A stretch of DNA of 64,000 nt from Candidatus Marinacidobacterales bacterium (GCA_965219415.1 CBDCNP010000002.1:480001-544000), one strand, 5' to 3'. Shown: positions 9,862 to 20,345, counted from the stretch's first letter. The notes: generated by a model not told the origin, from the sequence alone. Made by a program: numbers and translations.

Positions 9862-11139
9862 TCAAACGGATCGTTGGGACAAACGCATTCCGGCCACGTA
9901 GACGGACCCCGTCACAACCATCGAGACGATGGGCTGGATCATTTCCGGGGGGACTAATCGACCTGCCGCCACTCCGAGAACCATCGCCACGATCGCGGAC
10001 CAATTGACACCTCTCACTGCCCCGTTCAGCTGCTCGGCGTCTGGGACGCCGGCCGCAGGTAGCTGGCGACGGCGGACGAAGAAATAGTCCGCGAGCACAA
10101 TGGCGAGTAATGGAGCGAAGACCACACCGAGCAGCATCAGCCACTCCGAAAAATATTGCGTCAAACGCAAACAGGCGGCGGTGGTTCCGATCGCCCCGAG
10201 CACCAACGTATGAATCCAGCGTGCCCTCCCCGGAAATAGATTCGTTAGGGCCAATCCACCTGAGTAGAGATTCTTATCGTTGGTGGTCCAGGTCGCGAAG
10301 ATGATCAGCAACAGCGAGCCCATTCCCAACCCCAGAGACTGGACACCCAACACGGGGTTCCACTCTCCAGTTGCCAGCGCGGACAGGGCTCCCAATGCGA
10401 TCATGAAAGCGGCCACCGGCGTTACGCCGCCGAAGATCCCTATCCACACCGAACGATGATTTCTCGCATAGCGGGAGATGTCGGAGGCGGTGAAGCTTCC
10501 GGCAACCTGTGCTGAAATCATGAGGTTCATGCCTGCGAGGAAAGTCATCGATCCATCACCGGGCCGACTCACCAGCTCCCAGAACGGAACTTCGCGAACG
10601 ATCTTGATAAAGAGCCAAGCGGTGAGGATCAGCATCGCCGGCACCGCATAGCCGGCGAGCTTACGCATCCAATCGTAACCCATGACCGCGAAGAAGACGT
10701 TCGCGGCGCCCATGAGCGCGATCATCGCTAGCGGCGATGACACGCCGACAAGCTCGTTCATCATTCCATCCGCGGCCATGCCCGCCAGCTCCGCCTGAAC
10801 GGCAAACCAGCCGGACAAAGACATCACCACCGCGAGTGACGGGATCCACGTCCCCCACGGATAGCCGAGCGACATCCGGGTGAGAACCAACGTGGGCACG
10901 CCATGGTCGATTCCCGGATACGCGGATAGCGCCGTAAAGGAGAACCCGATCCCGTTCGCGAGCAACGCAACCAAGACCGCGTCGCGGAAGGACATACCGG
11001 GCACGAAAAGCCCCCCCATCATGATCATGGGGAGACAGATGTTGATGCCCGCGTACATCGCGAACATGCCGAACCAACCCTGGGTCCGAGAAGATCTTGG
11101 GACGGCGTCGAGGCCTCGCCGTTCAAGCTGGAGCGTCAC
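9862..11139 (-). CDS. NCS1-family (cytosine/purine/uracil/thiamine) permease
   Basis: About 12 TM segments; GWFAVQ, ASDISRYARN, WTTNDKNLYSGGL motifs. Probable start is GTG 11139; the longer track ORF overlaps the upstream gene. Confidence 0.9.
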   Translation of the reverse strand: MTLQLERRGLDAVPRSSRTQGWFGMFAMYAGINICLPMIMMGGLFVPGMSFRDAVLVALLANGIGFSFTALSAYPGIDHGVPTLVLTRMSLGYPWGTWIPSLAVVMSLSGWFAVQAELAGMAADGMMNELVGVSSPLAMIALMGAANVFFAVMGYDWMRKLAGYAVPAMLILTAWLFIKIVREVPFWELVSRPGDGSMTFLAGMNLMISAQVAGSFTASDISRYARNHRSVWIGIFGGVTPVAAFMIALGALSALATGEWNPVLGVQSLGLGMGSLLLIIFATWTTNDKNLYSGGLALTNLFPGRARWIHTLVLGAIGTTAACLRLTQYFSEWLMLLGVVFAPLLAIVLADYFFVRRRQLPAAGVPDAEQLNGAVRGVNWSAIVAMVLGVAAGRLVPPEMIQPIVSMVVTGSVYVAGMRLSQRSV

Positions 11140-11162
11140 CGGATAAGAGTTCCGATTGGCGG

Positions 11163-12080
11163 TTAGTCGCCTCGAGGTAGGTCGAAAACCATCGCGTCTT
11201 CTCCGATGACGATCGGTCCGTCGAACTCGGACTTGGCGGCGGCGAGAATCTTCGACCAAATCTCCGGACCGCGGCGTGGGCCGTAGTACATGGACGCCAT
11301 CTCCACCGCCACGGGATGAGAGTCGTAAGGTCCAAGATGCGTCAACACGAGCTTCTTGGCACCGGCGCGACGGGCGACGCTTCCCGCGCCGCGAGGCCCG
11401 GTGTGTCCCCGCATCTCCCGGTGCTCCATGATTTCCTCCAGAAACGTGCATTCATGGACGAGAACGTCGACGTCTCGCGCGAGCTCCACCATCGCGTCAC
11501 AAGGCTCGGTATCTCCGCTGATCGCCGCCGAACCGTACTCGGTGTCTACACGGAATCCGTAGGAGGAGTTCTCGAAACCCAAAAGTTGAATGTGCGTTAC
11601 CTCTCGGGCCGTTACCTTGAATTTGTCGGTCTCGAGAACTGTGCCCTCTCGAATCTCATTCACTCGTATGAGTGGCTCGGGCGTGGGCCGCTCGGTGATG
11701 TGATCCGGCAGGCTCGCAACGAACCGCTTCACGAACTCCACGTCGATGTGATGCATCTCCAACATCCCGGCCACCATTCGCTCGGTGCCCATCGGACCGT
11801 ATACGTTCAGCGGAGCAGCCTTCCCGCAGTTCCAGGTGCTGAGAAAGAGATAGTTGCAATCCACCATGTGATCCCAATGGAGATGGGTAATGAACAAGTG
11901 GTCGACATCCATCGGATTGATCCCGGCGCGGACCAGATTGACGGTTGCCCGCTCTCCGCAATCGAAGAGCAGCACTTCCCCATCGACGACGACCGCTTGG
12001 GACGGATTGCCGCGTGACGGATCGGGAACTGCCGAGCCGGACCCTACCACGACGACCTTCATACCTCGCGCGCCGGCCAT
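11163..12080 (-). CDS. MBL-fold metallo-hydrolase, RNase Z/AtsA-like, no signal peptide
   Basis: GSGSAVP, LFDCGE, THLHWDH (HxHxDH), SGDT, HEC, GHT, LTHL; start may be ATG 12062. Confidence 0.9.
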   Translation of the reverse strand: MAGARGMKVVVVGSGSAVPDPSRGNPSQAVVVDGEVLLFDCGERATVNLVRAGINPMDVDHLFITHLHWDHMVDCNYLFLSTWNCGKAAPLNVYGPMGTERMVAGMLEMHHIDVEFVKRFVASLPDHITERPTPEPLIRVNEIREGTVLETDKFKVTAREVTHIQLLGFENSSYGFRVDTEYGSAAISGDTEPCDAMVELARDVDVLVHECTFLEEIMEHREMRGHTGPRGAGSVARRAGAKKLVLTHLGPYDSHPVAVEMASMYYGPRRGPEIWSKILAAAKSEFDGPIVIGEDAMVFDLPRGD

Positions 12081-12156
12081 AGTGGCACGCAGTATACACT
12101 CTCAATGAACTGCCCTATACTCCTCAACAAATTTGCCGGGGATGAAGGAGAAAGAG

Positions 12157-13257
12157 ATGAAGAAAAAAGTCGAGACCGAAGTGAGTCAAGGATTCAGCCG
12201 TCGAAACCTCTTTCGCGCAGTTCTTGGAGGAACGGTGGCTTCCGCCGTCTCGTCACGCGCTTCGAGTGTCGAAGCGGCTCGTCCAACCCTTGAGGCCCTC
12301 GAGGCCGACGTCGGCGACCAAGGTATGTACGCGGTGATCACGGGGTCCGGCTCCGCCATGGCCGATCCCGAGCGAGGCAACGCCAGTGCCGCGGTGGTCG
12401 TAGATGGAACCGTTCTACAGTTCGACTTCGGCCGTAAAACGATGGACAACTTGATGCGCGTCGGGATCAATCCAATAAACATCGACTACATTTTCTTCAC
12501 CCACCTTCATTTCGACCACATCGCTACCTACGACTATTTCATCATCTCGTCTTGGATCGCGGGGCGTAGGACTCCCTACAAGGTGTTCGGACCTCCGGGC
12601 ACCGAGGCGATGTCGAACGGGGCGCTCCATCACATGCACGAAATGGACGTCCGATTCGTAAAATATATCGTCGACACCTGGCCCGACATTGCCGAGAAGC
12701 CTCCGGTGGCGGAGCCGCCCGTCGAAGTCACCGACGCCGAACCGGGTCTGGTGGTCGAGACCGACGATTTCAAGGTCACTTCGACCGCAACTCCGCACCT
12801 CAGTCCCCCCAACATGTACAGCAGAGGTTATCGGGTCGACTCCAAATACGGCTCGGTCGTCATCAGCGGAGACACTGCCCCTTCCGAGAATATGGTTGGG
12901 CTTGCCAAGGACGCCGACATCCTCATTCATGAGTGCGTCATCCCCGACTACGGTATGACGACAGCCGGCAAGTTCAGCCGCAAGGAATTCCACGTGAAGG
13001 AAACGAAGAATCAACGGACTGGCCACACCTCGCCGACCGGCCTGGGGAAACTGGCCGCACAGGCCGGGGTGAAGAAACTGGTGGCCTACCACCTCGCTCC
13101 TTACACCAGCGTGCCGGCGGCGGTGGAAATGTCCGAGAAGTACACCGGTCCCAACCCGGGTCCGGAGATCTGGTCGAAGTACATCCACGCCATGAAGAAC
13201 CAGTACTCGGGCCCGGTCATCCTGGCGGAAGACGCGATGGTGATCAAAGTTTCGTAA
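12157..13257 (+). CDS. Tat-signal MBL-fold metallo-hydrolase, RNase Z-like
   Basis: AAGGAG RBS, SRRNLF twin-arginine signal, THLHFDH, SGDT, HEC, GHTSP. Confidence 0.9.
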   Translation: MKKKVETEVSQGFSRRNLFRAVLGGTVASAVSSRASSVEAARPTLEALEADVGDQGMYAVITGSGSAMADPERGNASAAVVVDGTVLQFDFGRKTMDNLMRVGINPINIDYIFFTHLHFDHIATYDYFIISSWIAGRRTPYKVFGPPGTEAMSNGALHHMHEMDVRFVKYIVDTWPDIAEKPPVAEPPVEVTDAEPGLVVETDDFKVTSTATPHLSPPNMYSRGYRVDSKYGSVVISGDTAPSENMVGLAKDADILIHECVIPDYGMTTAGKFSRKEFHVKETKNQRTGHTSPTGLGKLAAQAGVKKLVAYHLAPYTSVPAAVEMSEKYTGPNPGPEIWSKYIHAMKNQYSGPVILAEDAMVIKVS

Positions 13258-13269
13258 GGTGGTCCCGTC

Positions 13270-14298
13270 ATGAAGGGCTTCACACGAAGAGGGTTCTTCG
13301 GCGGCCTCCTGGTAGCGCCCGCCGCCTTCGGCCTCAAAAGCGCCGAAGCCGCGAAGAGCGTGGACTTGGAACGCCCCGGCATGCGGGCGTTGATCACCGG
13401 CTCCGGATCGGCGCTCATCGATCCACTCCGCGGCAACGCGAGTGTGGCGGTGATCGTCGACGGAACGGTCCTTCAGTTCGACTTCGGCCGTCGCGCAATG
13501 GACAACCTCGCGCTGGCGGGGATCAATCCGGTGAACGTGGATTACATTTTTTTCACGCACCTCCACTTCGACCACATCGCGACGTACGACTACCACGTCA
13601 TCTCCAGCTGGATCGCAGGACGTCAGACTCCGATTGAAGTTTATGGACCCCTGGGTACGACAGAGATGTCGGACAAAGCCATCTATGGAATGCACGCGGT
13701 GGACATCGTTTTCGTCGAGAAGCTCTTGGCCGGGTGGCCGAAGCGGCTCGATCGTAGACCGAAAGATAAGCCGCCGATCGATGTGCACGATGTCGGGGCC
13801 GGGGTGGTGACGGAAACGGATACCTTCAAGGTCACGGCGGTGGAAACGCCGCACTATCGATCGATGGGCGTTCGAAGCCTCGGCTATCGAGTCGACTCCG
13901 AGCACGGATCGATCGTCGTGAGCGGAGACACCGCACCATCGGACGCGCTCGCCGAGCTCGCCCAAGGAGCAGACCTCCTCATTCATGAATGTGTGATTCC
14001 CGATCCCGGCATGACGAAGTCGGGTAAGTTCGCGGAAAAGCCTCCCGAAGACGAACCGCCCGAGGGGCACACGTCTCCCACTGAGCTCGGGCAACTAGCG
14101 CAACGTGCGGGTGTGAAGAAGTTAGTCGCCACCCACCTTGCTCCGTATACGAGCGTCGACGCCGCGGTAGAAATGTCGAGCATGTACCTCGGCCCTCGGC
14201 TGGGCGAGGAAATCTGGGGAGAATTCGTACACGCGATGAAGCAGCAATACGAGGGCCCCGTCGTCTTGGCCGAGGACGGGATGGTGTTCGAAATTTAA
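13270..14298 (+). CDS. Tat-signal MBL-fold metallo-hydrolase, RNase Z-like, tandem paralog
   Basis: TRRGFF twin-arginine signal, THLHFDH, SGDT, HEC, GHTSP. Confidence 0.9.
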   Translation: MKGFTRRGFFGGLLVAPAAFGLKSAEAAKSVDLERPGMRALITGSGSALIDPLRGNASVAVIVDGTVLQFDFGRRAMDNLALAGINPVNVDYIFFTHLHFDHIATYDYHVISSWIAGRQTPIEVYGPLGTTEMSDKAIYGMHAVDIVFVEKLLAGWPKRLDRRPKDKPPIDVHDVGAGVVTETDTFKVTAVETPHYRSMGVRSLGYRVDSEHGSIVVSGDTAPSDALAELAQGADLLIHECVIPDPGMTKSGKFAEKPPEDEPPEGHTSPTELGQLAQRAGVKKLVATHLAPYTSVDAAVEMSSMYLGPRLGEEIWGEFVHAMKQQYEGPVVLAEDGMVFEI

Positions 14299-14306
14299 AT
14301 GCAGTG

Positions 14307-15975
14307 CTAGGGTTTGTAGAGTTCCGCGATGTGGATGTCGGCTTCTTGAGTCAGGCGTGAAAAAACGATCTTCTTTCCGTCCGGAGACCATCCTCCGTTT
14401 AGAACAACTCCGACTTTGGCGTCGGTGAGCCGCTGCGGTTGTCCCAAGGCCCTAGGCAACTCTCCAGGTGCGTTAGGCGGAGCCAACCGCAGCAAGAAGA
14501 GCGCTTGGCCGGTAAGCTCGTGGTTGCTCGTACCCGGTTTCCCGTCATCGCAATAGCTTACCGCGCGACCGTCCGGGGCAACATCTAGCTCCCAGTGATC
14601 GCCGCGATAGAGTGTCACCTCCTGGCCACTCTTCAGGTCGGCAACTACCATTTCCCGTGTTGTGGGCGCGTCTTCCCCAAGACGCGTGTAGACGACGTGT
14701 CGGCTGTCTCGGTACCAATCGAAACGAACGGCGCGCGGAAAATGGGACCGGGCGTTTTGGCCGTCCCGGTCCACGACCCAGAGAACCTCACCTTGATCTG
14801 CCGCGCCGATGTAGCCGATGGCCTTGCCGTCGGGAGACCATCGGGGGGCTAGCTCCCGATAGGTTTGCTCTTCCGTCCCTCGGATCAGGATCCTGTGATC
14901 CGTCAGGGGGCGCGGGGCGCCACCTTCGACACTTGTGACCCACACTTGGAAATCCCCGCCACGGTTCGAAAGAAAGACGATCTCGCGTCCGTCTGGCGAC
15001 CAATCAGGCTGGATATCCATGGCGGGTTGATCGGTAAGTTGCCGTTCCGAGCTCGTGTCCAGATCGAGGAGCCAGATCTCATTGTTGCCCGTGCGGTCGG
15101 ACTGATAGACGATCTTTCTCCCGTCCGGGGAGACGCGGGGAAAAAAGTTGTCGCGGGTAGTCAAGGTCAAACGTTGTTCCGCTTCGCCTTCCAACCCACG
15201 TAAGTATAGGCCCGACTCGGGGTTAAACCGCGCGTAGGCGAGAACGGCCTGGCGTGAAACGACCGGATCACCCTCACTTTCAACTCCCGAGGTCAACTGG
15301 CGTATGCGACCCGACGCGATCTCCATCTCCCATAGGTTTCTTGTTCCGGACCTCATGGACGCGAAGAGAATGTGTTCGCCGTCGGGTGACCAGGAGGGCT
15401 GAAAGTCCCAGTCCCGACCGCCGAGAAGCAAGCGCGCCTCGCCGCCGCTCCCAGGCAATACGAACAGGTTTACGGTCCCTTTCGCCCGGCGGGTAAACGC
15501 AATCCGTTCCCCATCGAAGGACCACGAAGCATGTAGGTCATCGCCGCCGGGTGGCGGCTTGGTCATTTGCGTTTCTTCTGCCGTCGAGGAGGTTGATCTT
15601 CCACACCGCCATTTCCCCGCTCGGTCCAAAGCGGGAGAAAAGCAGCTGCTGACCGTCGGGCGACCAGGGCATGGGGCCGAGCGGGTGATTCAGGGGCACC
15701 CCGTTGGTGTCCGCCAACTCTCGTTCGGGGCCTCCCAAGGGCGGAATTAAATAGACTTTCGGCCCGGCGCCTCTGTCCGATAGAAACGCGATGTACCTCC
15801 CGTCGGGGGACCAGCGCGGGGAGACCTCATCCGCGGCGCTGTGGGTGAGCTGAACCGGCTCTCCCCCAGCTACCGGTTTCACGAAGATGTCGGTGCTCCC
15901 GGCCTGAGGACGCTCGTAGGCGATTAAGCTCCCGTCAGGAGACCACGTCGGGTACCGCTCCACGCCAACGAAGCT
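14307..15975 (-). pseudogene. TolB/PD40 beta-propeller C-terminal part of wHTH-propeller gene B, separated from its N-terminus at 18550-19040; extra frameshift near 15589
   Basis: Repeated PxWSPDG motifs. Inverted paralog of 16767-18434. Begins at AGC TTC GTT GGC GTG (SFVGV) with no start of its own. Confidence 0.85.
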
Positions 15976-16192
15976 CCATGATCGAAGCATCTGTAACGGA
16001 GAAACTCGAACGGCTCGAGGCCAAGCGCCTTGGCAAAGTCAAGAATCCGAGAAAGAGCCTCGTAGACGCCGACACGTCACCGGGAGCGCGCGCAATACCC
16101 GCTCCTGTGAGGCGCTTCGTGTGGGCGCGCGACCAGGGTCAATGCACCTTTGAGAGCGGGGACGGTAGACGATGTCCCGAGCGCCTAGGACT
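15974..16192 (+). pseudogene. Displaced internal fragment of the DUF222-like/HNH gene at 19101-20051
   Basis: Encodes SMIEASVTEKLERLEAKRLG...RAIPAPVRRFVWARDQGQCTFESGDGRRCPERLGL, which fits the gap between GADLA and QFHHDDP in that gene. Confidence 0.88.
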
Positions 16193-16293
16193 AACGAAGA
16201 GCTCTTCAACGATCCCCCCTAGTAATGAAAATGAGAGTCTTTGCGGTCTGGCGGGCGTAATGCTACACTTTTGCCTCTTTCCCGGAGGAATCG

Positions 16294-18434
16294 ATGCCAA
16301 CCTCATTCCGCATCGGCGAATGGTTGGTTGACCCTCGCGCCGACCGAATCGTCAGCCCCGACGAGACCGTACACATCGAACCCCGCGCCATGCAGGCGCT
16401 GGTCTATTTGGCCGAGCATGCCGGCGAAGTGGTCACCCGCGATGAAATCCTGCGAGCGGTTTGGGAAGAAACGTTCGTCGCCGACGAGGTGCTGACTAGT
16501 GCCATCGCAAAGCTGCGTCGAGCGTTCGGCGACGAAGGCACGAACCCGACCTTCATTCAGACGGTACCCAAGAAAGGCCCTAACGTAACGATCGTTCCCA
16601 TTCGTCGAGGAATTGGCGTTGCTCGGTCCTGCTGCTGCTCCGCCGGCGAAACGGAAGCATTCAGTCGATAGCGGTCGCGGTGTTCGTAGTCGGTGCCGGG
16701 ACTTATCTCTTCACCAACTCCACTCCGCCTGACCCGACGCCGTCTCTGAACGTCAAGCTCTTCACCAGCTCCGTTGGCGTGGAGCGGTACCCGACGTGGT
16801 CTCCTGACGGGAGCTTAATCGCCTACGAGCGTCCACAGGCTGGCAACACGGACATTTTCGTGAAACCGGCAAGTGGGGGAGAGCCGATTCAGCTCACCAG
16901 CAGCCCGGCGGATGAGATCTCTCCGCGCTGGTCCCCCGACGGGAAGTACATCGCGTTTCTATCGGACCGAGGTCCCGGGACCAAAGTTTATGTGATCCCA
17001 CCTCTGGGAGGCGCCGAACGAGAGTTGGTGGACACCAACCGGGTGCCCCTGAATCACCCACTGGGCCCCATGCCTTGGTCGCCTGACGGTCAGCACCTCC
17101 TGTTCTCACGCTTGGGACCGAGCGGAGAAATGGAGGTGTGGAAGGTCAACCTCTCGACGGCAGAAGAAACACAAATGACCGAACCGCCCCCCGGCGGCGA
17201 AGACCTGCACGCATCGTGGTCGTTCGATGGGGAAAGGATTGCGTTCGCCCGCCGGGGGAAGGGGACCGTAAACCTGTTCGTATTGCCTGGGAGTGGCGGC
17301 GAGGCCCGTTTACTTCTCGGCGGTCGGGACTGGGCCTATAAGCCTGCCTGGGCACCGGACAACCAACACATTGTCTTTGGGGCCTTGACGTCCGGAGCTA
17401 AAGATCTGTGGGAGGTGGAAGTTGCGTCGGGTCGCCTACGCCAGTTGACCTCGGGAGTTGCAAGTGAGGATGATCCGGTCGCTTCACGCCAGGGCTCTCT
17501 CGCATACGCGCGCTTTAGCGAAGAGTCGGGCCTGTACTTACGTGGGTTGGAAGGCGAAGCGGAACAACGTTTGACCTTGACTACCCGCGACAACTTTTTT
17601 CCCCGCGTCTCCCCTGACGGCAAGAGAATCGCCTATCAGTCCGACCGCACGGGCAACAATGAAATCTGGCTCTTCGACCTGGACACGAGCTCGGAACGGC
17701 AACTTACCGATCAACCCGCCATGGATATCCAGCCTGATTGGTCACCCGATGGACGCGAGATCGTCTTTCTTTCGAACCGGGACGGGGACTTCCACGTGTG
17801 GGTCATGAATGTAGATCACGTAGTCCCGCGCCGCTTGACGGACCACAGCATCTTGATCCGAGGGACGGCAGAGGAAACCTATCGGGAGATAGCCCCCCGA
17901 TGGTCTCCGGACGGCAAGGCCATCGGCTACATCGGCGCGGCCGAGCAGGGTGAGACTCTTTGGGTCGTGGACCAGGACGGCGAAAATGCCCGGTCCTATT
18001 TTCCGGACGCCGTTCGTTTCGATTGGTATCGAGACAGCCGACACGTAGTCTACACGCGTGTGGCGGAAGGCGATTCGGCAACACGGGAAATGGTAGTCGC
18101 CAATTTGGAGAGCGGCAAAGAGTTCATACTCTACCGCGGCGATCACTGGGAGCTAGACGTCGCCCCGGAGGGTAGCGCCGTAAGCTATTGCGACGACTTG
18201 AGACAGGGTGGGAGCGCCCCCGAGCTTTCCGGTCAAGCGCTCTTCCTGCTGCGATTGGCTCCGCCTAACGCACCTGGAGAGTTGCCTAGGGCCTTGGGAC
18301 AACCGCAGCGGCTCACCGACGCCAAAGTCGGAGTTGTTCTAAACGGAGGATGGTCTCCGGACGGAAAGAAGATCGTTTTTTCACGCATGACTCAAGAAGC
18401 CGACATCCACATCGCGGAACTTTACCAACCCTAG
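16294..18434 (+). pseudogene. CadC/OmpR-type winged-helix + TM + TolB/PD40 beta-propeller protein (gene A), disrupted by an internal 96-bp inversion at 16577-16672
   Basis: 16294-16576 is the wHTH (IEPRAMQALVYLAEHAGEVVTRDEIL...FIQTVPKKG). 16680-18434 is TM plus propeller. The linker is the reverse complement of the linker seen in paralog B. Confidence 0.85.
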
Positions 18435-18549
18435 CACTGCATTTAGATCTCAATCACCATCCGTGGCCCCCCCTTAGTAAGCGAAAATGAGACTCTTTGC
18501 GGTCCGGCGGGCGTGATGCTACACCTTCGCATCCTTCCCGGAGGAATCG

Positions 18550-19040
18550 ATGCCAACCACCTACCGCATCGGCGAATGGTTGGTTGACCCTCGCGCCGAT
18601 CGAATCGTCAGCCCCGACGAGACCGTACACATCGAACCCCGCGCCATGCAGGCGCTGGTCTATTTGGCCGAGCATGCCGGCGAAGTCGCCGCGATGAAAT
18701 CCTGCGAGCGGTGTGGGAAGAAACGTTCGTCACCGACGAAGTGCTGACTAGTGCCATCGCAAAGCTGCGCCGGGCGTTCGGCGACGAAGGCACGAATCCG
18801 ACCTTCATCCAAACGGTACCCAAGAAGGGTTATCGATTGAATGCTTCCGTTTCGCCGGAGGAGCCACAGCCGGGCCAAGCAACACCCGTTTCAGAAACGG
18901 GGGCCAGACAACTTCCTCGACGAACGCGCACGATCGTTGCGTTGGGGGTCGCAGTGTTCGCAGTCGGTGCTGGCACCTATCTCTTCGTCGACTCAGCTCC
19001 GCCCGACGTAACGCCGCCTCTCAACATTAAGGCCTTCACC
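18550..19040 (+). pseudogene. N-terminal wHTH + linker + TM part of gene B; frameshift near 18688, truncated after NIKAFT
   Basis: Direct repeat of about 16214-16766 including the upstream region. Homology ends at TTCACC (19040); the continuation lies at 15975 on the minus strand. Confidence 0.85.
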
Positions 19041-19100
19041 TTCCACCAAGGCGAGATTTTTTTCTCACGTCCTTCGCCTGGACCTGCCAAGTTGCGCGAG

Positions 19101-20051
19101 CTAGAAAACGGCTCGGGGTGGGGTGCGGTCCTTCGTTGCGAGTTGCACAGCAGCACGGAGGGGCGGCGATTCATGAACTCTGTCCGGAAAGAGTGGAAAC
19201 GACGGCTTCGGTTCACCGACCCGGTCGGCGGCACGGCGGTACTGCTCCATCTTGCCTTTGCCGTAGTCTATCTCCGCCATGTAGAGATTGCGGACCACAT
19301 AGAAGTCTGACATTGTCGGCACTTCGATCGCCGCCGAGCGCGTGGGGATCGTCGTGATGGAACTGCAGGCGAGGTCGGCACCCGGCATGAGGGCCGCGAG
19401 CCGTTGGAGCTTGTCCTGAAGGTCAGCACTCGCGGTGAACTGCACGCGGTACCGCGAAGGTGCCAGCGGCTCGACGACCGGCGGCTTGTCAGCCGTTTCG
19501 GGAGCCGGGGCCCGCTCAGGTTCAGGGGCTGGACTCTTTCCGGACGGAGTACCTTCGGCGCCTGACGTACGGAGTTCGCTTGCCGGCTTCTGTCGCCGCT
19601 TCGGAAGCTTCCGGATGGAGGGCGAGACATCCGGTTTCGGCGCAATCTCCGCCGCCAGCACCAGGAGCTCGCGTTTGGTCTTGTGGGTTGCTCGAGCCAA
19701 GAGCTCCTCGCAATTGGTGTCGGTAAGATGCGGTGCCAGCACCGTGATGCCGCTCAAGTGAAGACGCCCATCGTCGAGCATCGTCAGAAGCACCGGATGT
19801 CGGCGCGACGCCCGTGCGGTGGCTATCCGTAGGAAGGCTTCTGCCTCGGACAAGTGCAACACGTCGACGCAATATTTAAACATCGATGACGAAGCTTCAC
19901 GGGCATACAGTCGGCGTGCATCGACTTCGGCGATATGCGCAACGAGAACCGACTCCACACGTCGCGACTGTTTCAAAACGCTCGACAGTCGGCCAAGAAG
20001 CTCGTCATCCGACAGTGGGGAAAGCGATTTCAATTTGTCTTTTTTGTTCAT
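19101..20051 (-). pseudogene. DUF222-like/HNH endonuclease-family gene with a 217-bp internal excision at 19367-19368
   Basis: LSDDELL...VAHIAEVDARRLY...SSMFKYC...LSEAEAFLRI...EPLAPSRYRVQFTAS; the HNH motif FHHDDPHALGGDRSADNVRLLC lies in the shifted frame. Confidence 0.85.
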
Positions 20052-20345
20052 GCGCCTGTTATAGCATGGACTTTTTTGACGCTCTGTGCCCGCGCGTATT
20101 GAACGCGAATGCGTCGAGACACTTCGAAGTCTATCCAAGCAAACGAGCGTGCCTGTCGTTTCCTTATCGCACGTACAGGCCCACTCCAGATCGTACCTGC
20201 GGTTTTTTTCATATCGCCGCGAATAAGCTGTCAAGAAAAAAGTGAATTATTTTTCTCAGCGATCTCCCCTGTTTTGGGAAGGTGCTCTTAATCCCCCCCT
20301 CCACACGCCGTCCCACACCGTGTACAATGGCGGTCGGTTGCTTGG

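Larger units (their letters stand above)
14296..18445. repeat. Long diverged inverted repeat: 14296-15975 vs 16767-18445 (about 1.68-kb arms)
   Basis: Long near-identical stretches in reverse complement, including the post-stop tail CTAGCACTGCATTTA. Confidence 0.9.
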
